Made by a program: the position numbers and the translations under genes
Source of the DNA: an uncultured Acidobacteriota bacterium
GTDB lineage: Bacteria; Acidobacteriota; Thermoanaerobaculia; Multivoradales; UBA5704
Assembly: GCA_963700145.1 (NCBI GenBank)
Contig: OY969474.1
Coordinates: 640,001 to 704,000, forward strand
DNA length: 64,000 nt
Reading direction: 5' to 3'
Shown here: positions 63,403 through 64,000 of the stretch, one piece after another
Layout: each line of letters starts with the position of its first letter
Numbering within the stretch: the first letter of the stretch is position 1
The notes under the pieces: model-generated
Databases searched by the model: none
What the model was told of the DNA's origin: nothing
The model's input: only the letters and a program-made list of their open reading frames with translations

Positions 63403-64000
63403 CTACGGCCGGATCGCCACCTTGAGCACGCCGTCCGCCCGCGAGCCGAAGAGCCGGTAACCCTCGTCGATGCGGTCGAGCGGGAAGGAGTGGGTGAGGA
63501 GCGGCGTCAGGTCCACCCGCCCGTGCCGGACGACCTCCATCAGCCGCCGCATCCGCTCCTTGCCGCCGGGGCAGAGGGTGGTGACGATGCGGTGGTCGCC
63601 GAGCCCGGCGGCGAAGGCCTCGTAGGGGACCTGGAGCTTGCCCGAGTAGACGCCGAGCGAGGACAGCGTGCCGCCCGGCCGCAGGCTGCGCAGGCAGCTC
63701 TCGAAGGTCTCCTGCGTGCCGAGCGCCTCGATCGCCACGTCGGCGCCGCCGCCGGTGAGCTTCAGCACCTCGGCCACGACGTCGGTCTTGCGGTAGTCGA
63801 GCGCGACGTCGGCGCCCATCCGCTTCGACATCGCGAGCCGGCGGTCGTCGCCGTCCACGCCGATGACCAGCGCGGCGCCCATGAGCTTCGCCCCGGCGGT
63901 GGCGCAGAGGCCGATCGGCCCCTGGGCGAAGACGACGACCGCGTCGCCGATGCGGATGCGGCCGGACTCGGCGCCGCCGAAGCCGGTCGAGGCGATGTCG
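63403..64000 (-). CDS. Zinc-dependent alcohol dehydrogenase (MDR family), 3-prime part
   Basis: DIASTGFGGAE, VFAQGPIGLCA, DVAIEALG, LCPGGKERMRRL; runs off the window end. Confidence 0.9.
   Translation of the reverse strand, partial: DIASTGFGGAESGRIRIGDAVVVFAQGPIGLCATAGAKLMGAALVIGVDGDDRRLAMSKRMGADVALDYRKTDVVAEVLKLTGGGADVAIEALGTQETFESCLRSLRPGGTLSSLGVYSGKLQVPYEAFAAGLGDHRIVTTLCPGGKERMRRLMEVVRHGRVDLTPLLTHSFPLDRIDEGYRLFGSRADGVLKVAIRP

Noticed and set aside
241-63882. Numerous long Arg/Ala/Gly/Pro-rich ORFs in the track (e.g. 2880-5399, 30075-32303, 39932-42703, 47167-49752) and long N-terminal extensions
   Set aside because: Shadow frames typical of very high-GC DNA; they overlap motif-supported genes

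Overview
High-GC bacterial chromosome segment. Gene content and a lineage-typical C-terminal domain suggest Acidobacteriota (Thermoanaerobaculia-like); this is an inference. 1-9.2 kb: surface-glycan genes (glycosyltransferases, SAM methyltransferases) headed by an MshEN-domain protein. 9.3-20.2 kb: core block of TPR protein, lipoprotein, spoVG, tRNA-Gln, prs, rplY, pth, rpsF, rpsR, rplI, a methyltransferase and PBP1A. 21.6-28.3 kb: variable region with tandem secreted paralogues, an IS3-family element, a SymE-like toxin and a lower-GC TIR-like gene. 28.3-64 kb: a large hypoxia/redox island with a DosS-like haem-GAF kinase and NarL/DosR-type regulator, an unusual five-gene nitrate-reductase module (NarK-NarI fusion, Nas-type Mo enzyme, ferredoxin, Rieske, small membrane protein) plus a collapsed second copy of it, a decahaem/porin/monohaem/tetrahaem electron conduit, a radical SAM and an ATP-grasp enzyme, Cus-type efflux, Usp/BON/Hsp20/CBS/dodecin stress genes and an ABC exporter. 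A recurring 16-bp palindrome sits upstream of several island operons. The most unusual non-coding signal is three intergenic arrays with different core sequences but identical geometry: inverted pentamer, 4 nt, pentamer, 7 nt, giving a 21-bp period with a dyad every 10.5 bp. All coordinates and motifs were read by eye; no searches were run.
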